From Mizuhopecten yessoensis (lineage: Eukaryota): a stretch of 64,000 bases of DNA. Made by a program: the position numbers and the translations under genes. The notes beneath the pieces were generated by a model that saw only the letters and a list, made by a program, of their open reading frames with translations, was not told the origin of the DNA and did no database searches. The stretch lies in the NCBI RefSeq assembly GCF_002113885.1, contig NW_018406081.1:12247-76246 (forward strand). The letters run 5' to 3'. This document shows, piece by piece, positions 1 through 14,222 of the stretch (position 1 is its first letter; each line of letters starts with the position of its first letter).

Positions 1-3000
1 AAGGACACCATGACATGGAATGGTACGAACAACAGAATGACACCGCAGAAAGGACACCATGGCCTGGAATGGTACGAACATCAGAATGTCACCGCAGAAA
101 GGACACCATGACATGGAATGGAACGAACAACAGAATGACACCGTAGGAAGGACACCATGACATGGCCTGGTACGAACATCATAATGACACCGCAGGAAGG
201 ACACCATGACATGGGAAGGTACGAACATCAGAATGTCACCGCAGAAAGGACACCATGACATGGAATGGTACGAACAACAGAATGACACCGTAGAAAGGAC
301 ACCATGACATGGCCTGGTAAGAACATCAGAATGACACCGCAGAAAGGACAACATGGCCTGGTACGAACATCAGAATGACACCGCAGGAAGGACACCATGA
401 CATGGAATGGTACGAACAACAGAATGACACCGCAGAAAGGACACCATGACATGGAATGGTACGAACAACAGAATGACCCCGTAGAAAGGACACCATGACA
501 TGGCCTGGTACGAACATCAGAATGACACCGCAGGAAGGACACCATGACATGGAATGGTACCTACAACAGAATGACACCGTAGGAAGGACACGATGACATG
601 GCCTGGTACGAACATCATAATGTCACCGCAGAAAGGACACCATGACATGGAATGGTACGAACAACAGAATGACACCGCAGGAAGGACACCATGACATGGA
701 ATGGTACGAACATCAGAATGACACCGCAGAAAGGACACCATGACATGGAATGGTACGAACAACAGAATGACACCGCAGAAAGGACACCATGACATGGAAT
801 GGTACGAACAACAGAATGACACCGCAGAAAGGACACCATGACATGGAATGGTACGAACAACAGAATGACACCGCAGAAAGGACACCATGACATGGAATGG
901 TACGAACAACAGAATGACACCGCAGAAAGGACACCATGACATGGAATGGTACGAACAACAGAATGACACCGCAGAAAGGACACCATGACATGGAATGGTA
1001 CGAACAACAGAATGACACCGCAGAAAGGACACCATGACATGGAATGGTACGAACAACAGAATGACACCGCAGAAAGGACACCATGACATGGAATGGTACG
1101 AACAACAGAATGACACCGCAGAAAGGACACCATGACATGGAATGGTACGAACAACAGAATGACACCGCAGAAAGGACACCATGACATGGAATGGTACGAA
1201 CAACAGAATGACACCGCAGAAAGGACACCATGGCATGGTATGGTACGAACATCAGAATGACACCGCAGAAAGGACACCATGACATGGAATGGTACGAACA
1301 ACAGAATGACACCGCAGAAAGGACACCATGACATGGAATGGTACGAACAACAGAATGACACCGCAGAAAGGACACCATGACATGGAATGGTACGAACAAC
1401 AGAATGACACCGCAGAAAGGACACCATGACATGGAATGGTACGAACAACAGAATGACACCGCAGAAAGGACACCATGACATGGAATGGTACGAACAACAG
1501 AATGACACCGCAGAAAGGACACCATGACATGGAATGGTACGAACAACAGAATGACACCGCAGAAAGGACACCATGACATGGAATGGTACGAACAACAGAA
1601 TGACACCGCAGAAAGGACACCATGACATGGAATGGTACGAACAACAGAATGACACCGCAGAAAGGACACCATGACATGGAATGGTACGAACAACAGAATG
1701 ACACCGCAGAAAGGACACCATGACATGGAATGGTACGAACAACAGAATGACACCGCAGAAAGGACACCATGACATGGAATGGTACGAACAACAGAATGAC
1801 ACCGCAGAAAGGACACCATGACATGGAATGGTACGAACAACAGAATGACACCGCAGAAAGGACACCATGACATGGAATGGTACGAACAACAGAATGACAC
1901 CGCAGAAAGGACACCATGACATGGAATGGTACGAACAACAGAATGACACCGCAGAAAGGACACCATGACATGGAATGGTACGAACAACAGAATGACACCG
2001 CAGAAAGGACACCATGACATGGAATGGTACGAACAACAGAATGACACCGCAGAAAGGACACCATGACATGGAATGGTACGAACAACAGAATGACACCGCA
2101 GAAAGGACACCATGACATGGAATGGTACGAACAACAGAATGACACCGCAGAAAGGACACCATGACATGGAATGGTACGAACAACAGAATGACACCGCAGA
2201 AAGGACACCATGACATGGAATGGTACGAACAACAGAATGACACCGCAGAAAGGACACCATGACATGGAATGGTACGAACAACAGAATGACACCGCAGAAA
2301 GGACACCATGACATGGAATGGTACGAACAACAGAATGACACCGCAGAAAGGACACCATGACATGGAATGGTACGAACAACAGAATGACACCGCAGAAAGG
2401 ACACCATGACATGGAATGGTACGAACAACAGAATGACACCGCAGAAAGGACACCATGACATGGAATGGTACGAACAACAGAATGACACCGCAGAAAGGAC
2501 ACCATGACATGGAATGGTACGAACAACAGAATGACACCGCAGGAAGGACACCATGACATGGCCTGGTACGAACATCATAATGACACCGCAGGAAGGACAC
2601 TATGGCATAGGATCGTACGAACATTAGAATGACACCGCAGAAAGGACACCTTGACATGGAATGGTACGAACATTANTGGCCTGGTACGAACATCATAATG
2701 ACACCGCAGGAAGGACACCATGGCATAGGATGGTACGAATATCACAATGACACCGCAGGAAGGACACCATGGCATGGGATCGTACAAACATCAGAATGAC
2801 ACCGCATAAAGGACACCATGACATGGGATGGTACGAACATTAGAATAACACCGCAGAAAGGACACCACGGCATGGGATGGTACGAACATCAGAATGACGC
2901 CTCAGAAAGGACACCACGGCATGGGATGGTACGAACATTAGAATGACACCGCAGAAAGGACACCATGACATGGGATTGTACGAACATCAGAATGACGCCT

Positions 3001-3130
3001 CAGAAAGGACACCACGGCATGGGATGGTACGAACATTAGAATGACACCGCAGGAAGGACACCATGACATGGGATGGTACGAACATCAGAATGACGCCTCA
3101 GAAAGGACACCATGGCCTGCTACGAACATA
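1..3130. repeat. 49-bp tandem satellite array (~64 units, continues off the left edge)
   Basis: Unit AAGGACACCATGACATGGAATGGTACGAACAACAGAATGACACCGCAGA repeats at a 49-bp period. It is nearly invariant from ~715 to 2540 and diverged at both ends. It explains all minus-strand ORFs between 228 and 2787. Confidence 0.98.
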
Positions 3131-4037
3131 AGAATCAGTCAAACAATTTCCGGTTGAAAAATTGTCGTACCGACTACAACAGGAATCTTATATATCCACA
3201 CAACCAATATATGCGAAACATACAAAAATAATCATAAATGTTGTCATTGTTGTCCCTCAGACGTGTTTTTCTCTCTGTAGACCTACTCATGAAAAAAAGC
3301 ATGGGTATGTATTGATTGGACCCAAGATAGCTGGGAAACTAAGTTCCAACCTTCAACAGTTGCATTTTCCAATAAAACATTGATTTTAACTCATAGCTGC
3401 GTATTTAGGAACCATCACAGTTCTGTAAAAACACTATACACGTATCAACCCTTGTCTCAACACACTGTTACATGTACAAACAGAAAGCCCATTGGCAGAC
3501 AAAGTCTGGCTGAATCCTCGTGATTCGAGTATTTTTCTCAATGAGTTTGACATGATCTTTACTACATGTGGTATATAAAACTCTCATATCTTAGATGCCC
3601 ACTATACTCCTTAATAGATTTATTAATAGTACACACGCAACTAAATGTCTCATTATATGCTCCCACCAAAAATATAAGGGAAAAGGGTAATTATTTGAAG
3701 TTTAACACAATTTAACAACTTTTGTGATCCATGTGCATACACAAATGACAAAAGCTATCATTGAGAAGATTTAATGACATTTTAGAGCATCACATGCTCA
3801 AGATCTTTCCAATCGGAAGTTTAGAAGTGAAACCCGTGACTCAGGACGGGAAAATCCATCCATTTCACTAGTTGTGATATTGCTCCAGTATATGTATATG
3901 TGCTAAGTGTAGTATTTGTAAATTTCATTGATTTAAACACTCTGTCATCAGTTCTTCGTGTCTATTCCTCAGAGGCACATCACTTGACAGGGACTAACTT
4001 TAGATAGATGCTGTTGGCTGATTTAATGAGTATGTTA

Positions 4038-4100
4038 AGATCAATCAATCAATCGATCAATTAATCAATCAGATCAATTAAATCAATCAGATCAATAATT
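4038..4100. repeat. Imperfect (ATCA)n microsatellite
   Basis: gatcaatcaatcaatcgatcaattaatcaatcagatcaattaaatcaatcagatcaat. Confidence 0.8.
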
Positions 4101-5860
4101 AATTAATAGGACACAACCAAATGTCTATAGTAAATATCATTACGCAAAAGAATATAACAAAGCACTACATATTGAATTACGAAATATTATAACATTTTGA
4201 GAACCCCCTTAAACTGCTATTTATCACGTACATAAACAATTGATAACACTCGAATTGTGATAACCTTTCACCATCTTTCGTCACAATTACATACATAAAA
4301 CATATAGGCAATGATTACTATCCTTTGTATGTGTCTTATCTATACAGAACTCATTTCCCAGCGTCAAAACACCCTGACAGGTTCACGCCGCCCTCTGTCA
4401 ATGTCCTCTCGCTCTTCAGGTCCCTTGGTGATCGGTAATAAATGAAGGCGACTGAATCTGACAGGTTATCAATGCTTTGTAATCCCTTTACCAGACAACT
4501 TGATAACTCGTGTATGTATTTACCGAAATGTTACTTGTATTTAAAGCGACATTCAAGCTACAGTTTTCATGTATAGAATCAACTTTAATCGAAATCCGTC
4601 ATTCCTAATCACTGTACTTTAAAAGTATTGGTCATCATGACTCAATTATCCTTTTGGGATTTTAAGACCATTTGGTTTTAGACAGTTTGTTTCCAATATG
4701 TTTTTTTTTCTGTATTAAACAAGAGATATCATGACGCGTGCCTCTTGTGGACGAAAAGTGCGTTCAATGTATACTTGAGGGGAACCATGTTCGCCTTCTG
4801 GTTTTTTGACGGCAAATACGCTATTCTTGTTGTTGGTCACCTTTCTTGGTGTTCCGTTTTGTTTTCGTGTATTCAAGCTGTAGGGAAAATGCATAACGTG
4901 TGCCTACTATTTAAAGATTAAATAGATTCAATTTACAAACGAAGACGACGTTTTCAGTACACTATCAAATCTCCTTGAATATTGGATTTTAAAAATGATA
5001 GAAGTACATGTACTACTAGGTAATCTCTTGCCATTTGTATTACCATTTTGTGACATTTCAAGTATCAACTAAGTATAACTGTGGCTAAAATCTTTTTTAC
5101 CGCTTGACAGACTTGAAGGATATCCTTCAAATGTTACTTGAAAGAGTTGTATAGAGTGGTAAGAGGGACATACTACTTAAAAATGCATGGCGTTTTAATA
5201 TCATATGTATATACATGCACACTTTTTATATGGTACTTTTTGTCTTTATGTTGCTTGGTAATCGAAAACTACTTGCACTAAACCTCAAAGCAATGAGAAT
5301 GATTGACATTCATACTATATCTGTGTCATTTAAAGGTAAGGTTTGCTCTCTCTGTGGATTTTTATCATTATAATAATGTAGTAATGTGTTATATGTTTTT
5401 GTTCATTGAGGGAACCTCTATCATTTCATGGCATTTTAAAGAAAATCGCCCATCCGGGTTTTTTGGAAAGAACAGCTCAAAATTTAGATTTTTGGTTGTT
5501 TTATCACACTGTATTTATTTAACTATTTTTAATGAAAAAAATATGTAAGTATCAAAACTATTGCTTTTTTTTAAAGAAATTGTACAAATGATTATGATCT
5601 AAACATTATCTTTACAATTTGCTTGAAAAGTTAAAAAAAAACACGAAAACACAAGATTTTAACATTTCAATGCCAAAATAGAGACGTTACCATGGCAACC
5701 ACACGATGAAAATGTCCTGTTTCCAGGTCCAACAATATCAAAAAAAAAATGAGAACTCATAGATTTTAATATTTCCATTATATCAAAATAAAAAAAAATC
5801 CCCGATCTCGTTTCCGTGGAAACGGATGCTATATTAACCCCTCTTATGGTATTCCATGTA

Positions 5861-6206
5861 TTATGGTGGCTGATATATGACATTTCGTCTTTTCGCCTTG
5901 TCGCCCGCGAAATAACGCCAAGCGAAATAACGCCAAGCGAAATAACGAAATAACGTCAAAAGGAGGGAGAAAAGACGCCATTTTTATCTCTTCGCTTTGG
6001 TGTTATTTTCACTTTGGTTTGGCGTTATTTCGTTATTTAGCTTTGGCTCTTAGGCGTTATTTCGTTATTTAGATTTGGCGCTTTGGCGTTAATTCGTCTT
6101 TTCGCTTTGGCGCTTTGGCGTTATTTCGTTATTTCGTTATTTCGCTTGGCGTTATTTCGCGAGCGACAAAGCGAAAAGACGAAATGTCATATATCAGCCA
6201 CCATAA
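5861..6206. mobile_element. MITE / foldback non-autonomous DNA transposon with 4-bp TSD
   Basis: Long TIRs TTATGGTGGCTGATATATGACATTTCGTCTTTTCGC.. and ..GCGAAAAGACGAAATGTCATATATCAGCCACCATAA. Internal GCGAAATAACGCCAA subrepeats occur in both orientations. TGTA flanks both ends (5857-5860, 6207-6210). Confidence 0.9.
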
Positions 6207-8614
6207 TGTATAATGAAGTCGGCAAACATCTGCTTACATCGAGAAACCTTGTAATGTGGGAATTCCCCCTAATCATGACGTCATTTTTGGTATGAGTTAC
6301 CGCCCATTGAAGAAACCCCGATTGTAACCAAATGGCGCCATTTTTTTGTTATTTGCGCGGCCGTTTTAAGAAAATCTCGTCAAAATTACTGTCTGTGGAT
6401 TTGAAGTGTTTGTAATTATTATATGTTTATATAATATTTATATCAACTGTTCATGAAATGTTGCCATATATGTATGTTACCATTGTATAGCAGTTTATGG
6501 AAGAGGACGTTTCTTAGTTGTTTAACTTGGGTCCAATTACATTTGGAATTTTTCAAATAAAATATGTTTAAACTAAGATTAACGAATGTGACATGTTGTC
6601 AAGATCGAATTTTAACGTTAGTATATGGCTATCATTGGTAAAGAAAATGTGTACAATTGCATGGCGTTAATTATTACACCAACACGTTTCAGTAGAAAGC
6701 CTTTTACCCTAAAGCAAATTTTGAACCGATTTGATTAAGAATTCGTACACAAGACTGAAACATGACGTTTCCCATTTCAGGAAAGTAGGTAGGTCACAAA
6801 CGGTCTAAGACGATCTAAGACAAAGGGGAAAAGTCTTTAAACATGGCTGACAATGAGAACTGAAATATCAGAAACATGTAAACTAGTGTACATAACGTTA
6901 ATGATTGTTTGTATAAATCACATTGTTATTGGTTTTTTCGTCTATATCATTCAAAAAACAACTTAACGTAGATTTATTTTATGTTATGCTGTATATATTT
7001 GTTTTACGGAAAAAATATTTCCATACATTATATATTTCAAATTGTAATATTGCGTGTTCTTGAATATTTCTGGCATTAACAAATCAGTTTTAATCTAGTT
7101 GACAATAAATATAGATATTATTTATCAAGACCTGAGAGCAGATTTGCATTTTTAAAAATGAATAGATAATCAGAGCACTGTTGTCACTTGTCACGCAATA
7201 TCACAAATGTATATTAAATACTATTTTATTTTACATATATATCATTTTTGAATAATCAATAAATATCGGCCATTCCTATGACACATATTAGCTAAAAAAA
7301 ACATTATGTTTTTTTAAATATGACTACAGTCCGTAGGTAGCTGTACAGACAATTCGTTGAAAACTAAAATATAAAAGAATCAAAATAGCATCTAAGTGTC
7401 TAAAATACAAAAAGTGTTTCCCTAATCAGTGGTATAAGTATGTACAAACTAACACAAACTGCAGAAGAACGAGGTTGTACAGTTGATATCAACGGGTAGT
7501 TGTCTCCTTCCTTTCTAGAAACAAAAGCACGCACATAGTTTTGAAATTGTGAACTGATTCAAAAGTCATCCATCAATTACGTAAATTTGTATATTCGCTT
7601 CAGTTTTCTTAAAAACTAAAAAGTTTAAGGACGATTATGTCATAAATCATAATAAGCTTTTTAAGTTATTGCTGCGGAGTGAGAGAATTTTTATTAAACA
7701 CTGTTTATAAGGTAAACGGTAGCTGCATGTACGATGAATATGTACATACATGTATAAGTGCAATATAAGTGTGAACAATGAAATAAAACTTTTTTAAAAT
7801 TCAGTAAGTCTATGGAGAAACCAGCGCAAATTAAATATTTTTACTGCATCATATATCAATTCTGTTTATTCAGGATTCATTACGAGTATTACAGATAAAA
7901 ATAATGAGATTTACGTCTTTAATTAAGTCTGTTCTGAAATAGGCACATATATAGGGGAAAAGGTTACCAATTCAACCATTTTCACCAAATTGTTTTTACT
8001 TTTTTGTTTCAATTGAACACTGCTCCTCAAGCCCTCATTTTCTTTAAACAGGGGTGTGATACATTCCGACGAAAATGGGACTGATAGTCGACAAGGTTTT
8101 CAATATCATCCATTTTCGTATTATATTCCACGCTACCTTTCTGCATTTTGTATATTTTTCGGTCTAACATGCCAAGTATTAATGACATCCATTACGTTTT
8201 GTTAAATTATGCTTATATACTTCCTTAAATAGCTTTAAATTACAAATCACCGATAAACACCAACTCATGCCAAGACAAGTGCTATTTCAGCAGCAGTAAA
8301 ACATTAATCTGATGAAGAGCTGTTGGCGTTATGGATTAAAACCAATAAACGGAACATATTTTCCTGCGTAGAAAACTAATGGATTTATCAATATCTTTGT
8401 CATTTACAACAACTTTATTTGAGTAAATTTCATAAAGTATCACTAAAATAGTGGTTCCTCAATTAATATTATATAGCTTAGACGCTGTTGGCGGGGCATT
8501 CCTTTAAAAAGTGGTATGGTTTCGTTTGGTGTTTACAGGTCAAGATGAACAACGCCAACCGACTGTTCCAGAAAAAAACTTTGTCACAATTCAAAGGTAA
8601 CATCGCAAAGTGTT

Positions 8615-8765
8615 ACGTGACGTCACATCCATAGACAGATCAGATTGACGACAAATCCATAGACTGGTAAGGTTGACGACACATCCATAGACAGATGACG
8701 TCATATCCACGGGCAGTTACGGATGATGTCACATCCATAGACAGTTAATGACGTTATCCACATGT
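8615..8765. repeat. Short degenerate tandem repeat (TGACGTCACATCCATAGACAG-like, ~6 copies)
   Basis: The catccatagacag motif recurs at 22-32 bp spacing. Confidence 0.75.
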
Positions 8766-8837
8766 AGGAGGATGCGTTAGTCAATGTGTTATCTACTTAT
8801 AAACAAGAATGTTGTCCAAAAGGTTAAGGATTATTAG

Positions 8838-8900
8838 TTTATTTATTTATTTGTGTTTTTGTATCTGTACGTCATAGCACCAGCTAAGGTCACATGACGA
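8838..8900 (-). mobile_element. SINE 3'-tail fragment
   Basis: The minus strand reads gtgaccttagctggtgctatgacgtacag..aaataaataaat, resembling the tail gaccttagctgttaataggacgt seen at 48025-48090 and 57370-57433. Confidence 0.45.
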
Positions 8901-10809
8901 CAGAAGAAAGGGAACCGTTAATACTTTCAGTGGAACAGGCACGACAACTCGTTCTTTGTGTTGCTAAGCGACACATTACTTACATGTTTCCATGACGGGT
9001 CCATACTCAACCCTGTATACTTAAATCGTTGCTACCATTAGAGCGCCATCTACAAAATCGCAAATGATATCGATTACGGAGTTACTTACGCCATGCCCTG
9101 ACAATGTAATCCCGTGGTTCACATGCGGTAATGGATAGCACTATGGCATAATACGATGTCCTAAAATATTTTGACGTAACGTTTCATTTTACCGATTAAA
9201 CTCGGCTTATAGCTGTCACCCGGAGTAGTCACCGTCAGAATGTTTTGTCCTCGGTTCAATTTTGTCGCTATTTCAAGAGCGATATACAGACGGGCGCCTA
9301 GGGAGACACCGCGGAAACATACATGTAGGAGTAGTTAAAAGAGAAATAAAAGATAAGCGTTTTCAGACAGATAAAGCGCCACCTATCGGTATACACTTAT
9401 CCAAACGTCTGAATCAGATACGAAACTAACGTAACGTAATCTATTCGTAATACGATTTTGTAATGGAAATCAGAGGATCATTTTAGTTGCGTATTTGGTA
9501 CAATGCTATTATATAGAATTAAACAATGACATTTGATGTATAAATACACTGATAACTTCTATCTACGATGCTTCATCTCATCAATATTGTATAGAGATGA
9601 TCATGGCGAGAAAATTAGATATCCAGGAGATAATACATGTATATGGACAAACAGTGAAGTGGTTGTATCGTTAGATGATACATCAAAAAATAGCGTGTGC
9701 TCAAACATGTATTAGAATGAAACTCAAAGTCCAAATAAAAAAAAAAAGAGAATCAAGACGACGCCGAGAGAAAAAAATGAAAAAAACCACCAATATGACA
9801 AAAACAGGATGCAAAATCTGACGTATATGACGCTCTAAAATTGTCAACATTCCTGCACCACATTTGATATTTATTATGATGCCTTCTGTCAAATCAAGAC
9901 AAGATTTTAAGTTGCAACAAATCAGTTTCATTACGACTGACTCCGAAGTTTCTTTTTAAAAACGAGGTATGGATAAGGAAACTGTGATGACGAACGCTGA
10001 GACAGGAGACAAAATAAAAGACAGGAGCAGGAAAGCTTAGACAGGAGACCAAATAAAGACAGTAGGTCGTGTGAAATTATCTAAAGTCCTTGTCGCCTTG
10101 GACATAATTGTCACGTAAACATTCTGTCGAGCAAATCAATTGTTCCGGATTTGAATTCATGTCTGAACATACTGAGAAGAAAGAAATGTAACACAGACAT
10201 GCAAAAATAGTGTTATTTGTTGAACAAAACAACTTAACATTTTGTTCTCAATGGTTAGAGAGAAAAAAACATTCGTATACATCGATTATTCCGCGAGTGG
10301 GTGGTATGCCCAGGACTACTAATTATATTCTGTTGGAGATGGCCTTACTGCGTAACCCTATCGTTTTTGGTCTAAGGTTTAATTATAGAGAAAAAAAACC
10401 TGACGGTTGTTAAGCCATATTGTCTGTTACATCTATCAGAGCCTGAAGTAGGGCTGGATCTAATAGAGCAGTATCTACAAATGGCTGGAAAAGTGTTTCC
10501 GGTTTTACCCGTTTTGGACAAATTGGGCCGTCGGTATTGATTCTAAAGTGAATTGTGAAGCAATGCATTGTAAGAGATTACATAAATTCCGATGTGCAAG
10601 GTATCTGATTTATCTGTTGTTTCTAGGCATCAGAATCTTTCAAAAAATAACATCAGCCGTTTTTATTTTTTTATTTTTAGCATTGGAACCATTCAAATGA
10701 TAGCATAAGTCTTGTTTCTAACCACCGAGATAATTCAAATATTAGCACATGTCATCGACCACACAATTACATAATCAATGTCATGATGAATCTTCAAAAC
10801 TGGTCAATA

Positions 10810-12933
10810 TCTTACTTACTTTGTCCTTGCTATGCCAAATGGCACATAGGGCACGGACAAGTTTCCTTCACTCTTCATTATTATTTGCTTTTCTTTCTAT
10901 TGTGCCTCGGGTGTATCCTCTTTCTTTTATTTCATTTTCGATGGCGCGCCTCCACGTTGTTTTTTGTCTACCTCTTTCCTTTTATCCTGCTGGTGTCCAC
11001 CTAAGGGCTACCTTGGTGATGTCTTCAGATGATTTGCGTAGAACATGACCAAGCCACCTCCATCTTTTTTGTATTAACAAACTGTCCTTGATGTTCGTAA
11101 TCTCATGCAAGTCTTTGCTGGAGATTTGTGTGGCCATGATATCTTCATTATCGTCCTCAGACAGGTGTTATGGAAGCTGGAGAGTCTGTTGATTTATTTT
11201 AGTCATTCTTCAGCACTCTGAGCCATATAGGAGCACTGATAGTACACAGCTGTTATTCTGTTTGAGCTTGGTCTTCTTTGAAAAGCCTGTTGTTTTCCAG
11301 ATGTTGCCTAGTCTAATGAATGCTGATCTAGCTTTTCCTATTCTGACTTTTATATCTCTCCCCAGCACCTTTCGTTGTTATACAACTTCCTAGGTAATTA
11401 AAAGAATCTACTGCATCCAGTTGTTTCCCTCTACAAATATGACTGACACTCTCTCTGTGTTGAGGTACATTAACTGTGTCTTCTTTGCAATGATTTTAAG
11501 TCCAATCATCCTAGAATTTTCTTCAAGCTTTCTAGTCTCTTCCTGCATATGGTCTTTAGTTTGCGATAAAAGTGTTGAATCACCAGCATAGTCTGTATCC
11601 TCAAGCGTGGTACATAGTGGTACATAGTGTCCATCTCAGTCCGGTGTTACTTTCTGTTAGGGTCGTTCTCATTAGCCAAGCAATGGCGATTATAAAAAGC
11701 ACAGATGACACAACACATCATTGCCTTACTCCTGATTTTACAAGGGAACTAGTGTCCGCTTCAGAGTTGATGGTATATTAGAAGTTTGTATAGAACTTCT
11801 TGATGAGTTACACTATCTTACTTGGCATTCTATAGTTTCTCAAAACTTCTCAAAGACTGTCCCTGTGTTAGCTGCCAAAGGCTTTCTCAAAATCTACAAA
11901 ATTCACAAGCAAAGTTCGATGCCACTCGTGGTACTGTTCGAAGATGTTTCGGTGGACAAATATGTGGTCTATGCAACCCCTGCCTTTTCTGAACCCAGCT
12001 TGTTCTTGTCGTTGTTTCTTATCCACAGCTTCTATAATTCTTGAAATTAAAATTACACATATTATATTTGCAATGGATAGTAATGTGATCGTGATTCCTC
12101 TCCAGTTGTTGCAGTTAGTTAAGTCTCCTGGTTTTGGAATTATTAGGATGTTGCCTTCAGACCAACTGTTAGGTATAACAGCCTGTTCCCATGTTTTGTA
12201 GAATACATGGTGTAAAGTATCCGCCGCTAGACCAGTATCTATCTTAAAACGTTCTGCATCTAGTTGGTCTTTGCCAGGTGCTTTTTTTGTTTTTCAAGCC
12301 TTTAATGGCTTTCTGAATTTCTTGTCTTGAAGGTGGATCTGTTTCTATTTCTAGGTCCGGGGGTTCTTCAGGAATTATTGATAGTTCGTCCGGATCTTTT
12401 CGGTAAAGAACTTCTTGAAAATATTTCTTCCATCTTAATTGTTGTTCTCGTTCTGTTGTTAGCATATTGTTGTTTTTGTCTGTAATTGCCATGTTTATTT
12501 GAGCTTTTTTACCACTTAATCGTTTTGTTACCTGGTAAATCTGTCCCATTCCTGTTTTGAAGCTGCACTTCCTGCTTCTCTTGCTGCGTCTTCCATAAAG
12601 TCCCTCTTGTTCTTACGTATTGTTGTCTTTGCCTTCTTGATGCATTCTGTATACTTTGTTCTTCGCTTTTCTTTAATTCTCTCAGAGTGTGTTTGACATA
12701 TTTTGTTGTTCACTTCTTTTCTTTCATCTTTTAATTTTCAAGTTACAGTTGTTACCCATTCTTTGTGTACTTGCCTATTGAATCATAGTACCTTTTTACT
12801 GGCCTCTGTGTAGATTTTATGTATTTGCTGCCATTCATCATTGACTGATATTGTGCTTGTATCCTCAGTGATTAGGTTTTCTTATAGCTGGAATGTGTTC
12901 TTTATTCCAAGTTTAAACTCTAGTTGGGTTTCG
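10810..12933 (-). mobile_element. 5'-truncated, degenerate RTE-clade LINE (reverse transcriptase pseudogene)
   Basis: Minus-strand translation gives RT motifs KAPGKDQLDAE, NCNNWRGIT, QAGFRKGRGCIDHIF, NFVDFEKAF, GVRQ*CVVSSVLF and LEDTDYAGD (YADD decayed), plus the C-terminal LVRALCA. The 3' end is a (TAAG)n-type tail typical of RTE. There are many stops and frameshifts. Candidate TSD GGTCAATA at 10802-10809 and 12934-12941. Confidence 0.93.
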
Positions 12934-13951
12934 GGTCAATAAATCAGGCCAAGAAAAAATAGAAAGGTTTCACAACAACTTGTATTTTTTGCTTTGGTAT
13001 GATTTTCCTTTTTAACATATTGCTTACAAAATAGCCGCGAAATGTTAATGCCGCTTGTTAGAATTATTATTTATCACAAGATATGTTTACAAATTTGGAC
13101 ATGTTCTATAAACAATTCAATCAACTGTCATAATCAAGAAGAATATCTTTATATTTTGCCATTCTCGTGCAATATATTTTTCAACGGAAAACCCCCCATT
13201 AAATATCCACAATTTATCTTTCCATTAACAAAAACAAGAAATCAAGTGCCCTTGAACAATTGAGGAAGACAAGAAATCAATAGTCTGTTCAACATCATCT
13301 TCAGCACAGTATAACAGTTCAGACTGACAATCACTCAATACAAATTAATTTCCGTAAACTGGAGTTAACGTCTCATAACCTTACCACTAATTGGGATAAG
13401 TGCATGTGGCGTCGACAAGAATATATGCTGCCAGGAATTTTGCAAACGTTTTCCGAACGAGACACAACTGTGTGACATCATCAACAGTAGATGTGGTCGG
13501 ATTTAACAAAGCTTATGCAAGTTTCAAGTCGTTACTTTTATTCAATAGCTTAAATGTTTTTTTTCTGGAAATGAAATTGATACCCGTTGATGAGACCAGT
13601 TGTTTAGAACTATTTACAGCACAAAAAACTGTAAATGTAAGTAATAGTTTTCAATTAACTCGTGACCAATTGGAGTTATCACTTCATAACCTTATCAAAA
13701 GAGTTAATGCAACTATCATTTAACTAAGGTTATATGTGCCTTAGTGACCATATGTCTTTACAGCTTCCATAATTGTAGTCGAACCAGTTAATAAGAGTCC
13801 ACTCGTCTGCAACTAGTCAAACCTGTCTGGGTGACCCCCTGTCTATAACTAATATTGCTCTGCATACCACAGGCGTACATGTACCAATATACCATATACA
13901 ACCTTGGGCTATTTTCGTACTTGTGTTTGATGTTACAGATGGTCATGTCCC

Positions 13952-14217
13952 GGGTACGTAAGTATGGAAGCATTCCCATGCTCAGGCAATGCTTTGTTTG
14001 GAAGCCTTATGTCTTGTTCCGTTCATGAATTAATTATGGAATTATTTTGCCAATGATTTGGAAAAATATTTGAAGAGATGTCAAGCCGAATACTGTTTTC
14101 AATGTTTTACATTTTATTTTTCGATCGTTTGTCAAGATTTAAGTGAGATGAAAGAAAAGTTGTTTTGAGCACAGAATCCATACTTGAGCATGGGAACGGT
14201 TTAATGAATACGGGCCC
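13952..14217. mobile_element. MITE, PIF/Harbinger-like family (copy 1)
   Basis: Right TIR ..GAGCATGGGAACGGTTTAATGAATACGGGCCC with a decayed left TIR. The internal AAGCCGAATACTGTYTTCAATGTTTT is shared with 25036-25299. The superfamily is inferred only from the GGGCCCGTATTCA-type end. Confidence 0.7.
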
Positions 14218-14222
14218 AACTG

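Noticed and set aside
228-2787. Long Cys-rich minus-strand ORFs (up to 680 aa)
   Set aside because: They are translations of the 49-bp satellite. The unit is not a multiple of 3, and the same peptide appears in all three frames.
8309-8330. CTGATGA as another hammerhead (also 25702, and CTGACGA at 58587)
   Set aside because: No stem II followed by GAAA and an NUH site.
10749-12201. Plus-strand ORFs within the LINE
   Set aside because: Antisense shadows of the RTE coding strand.
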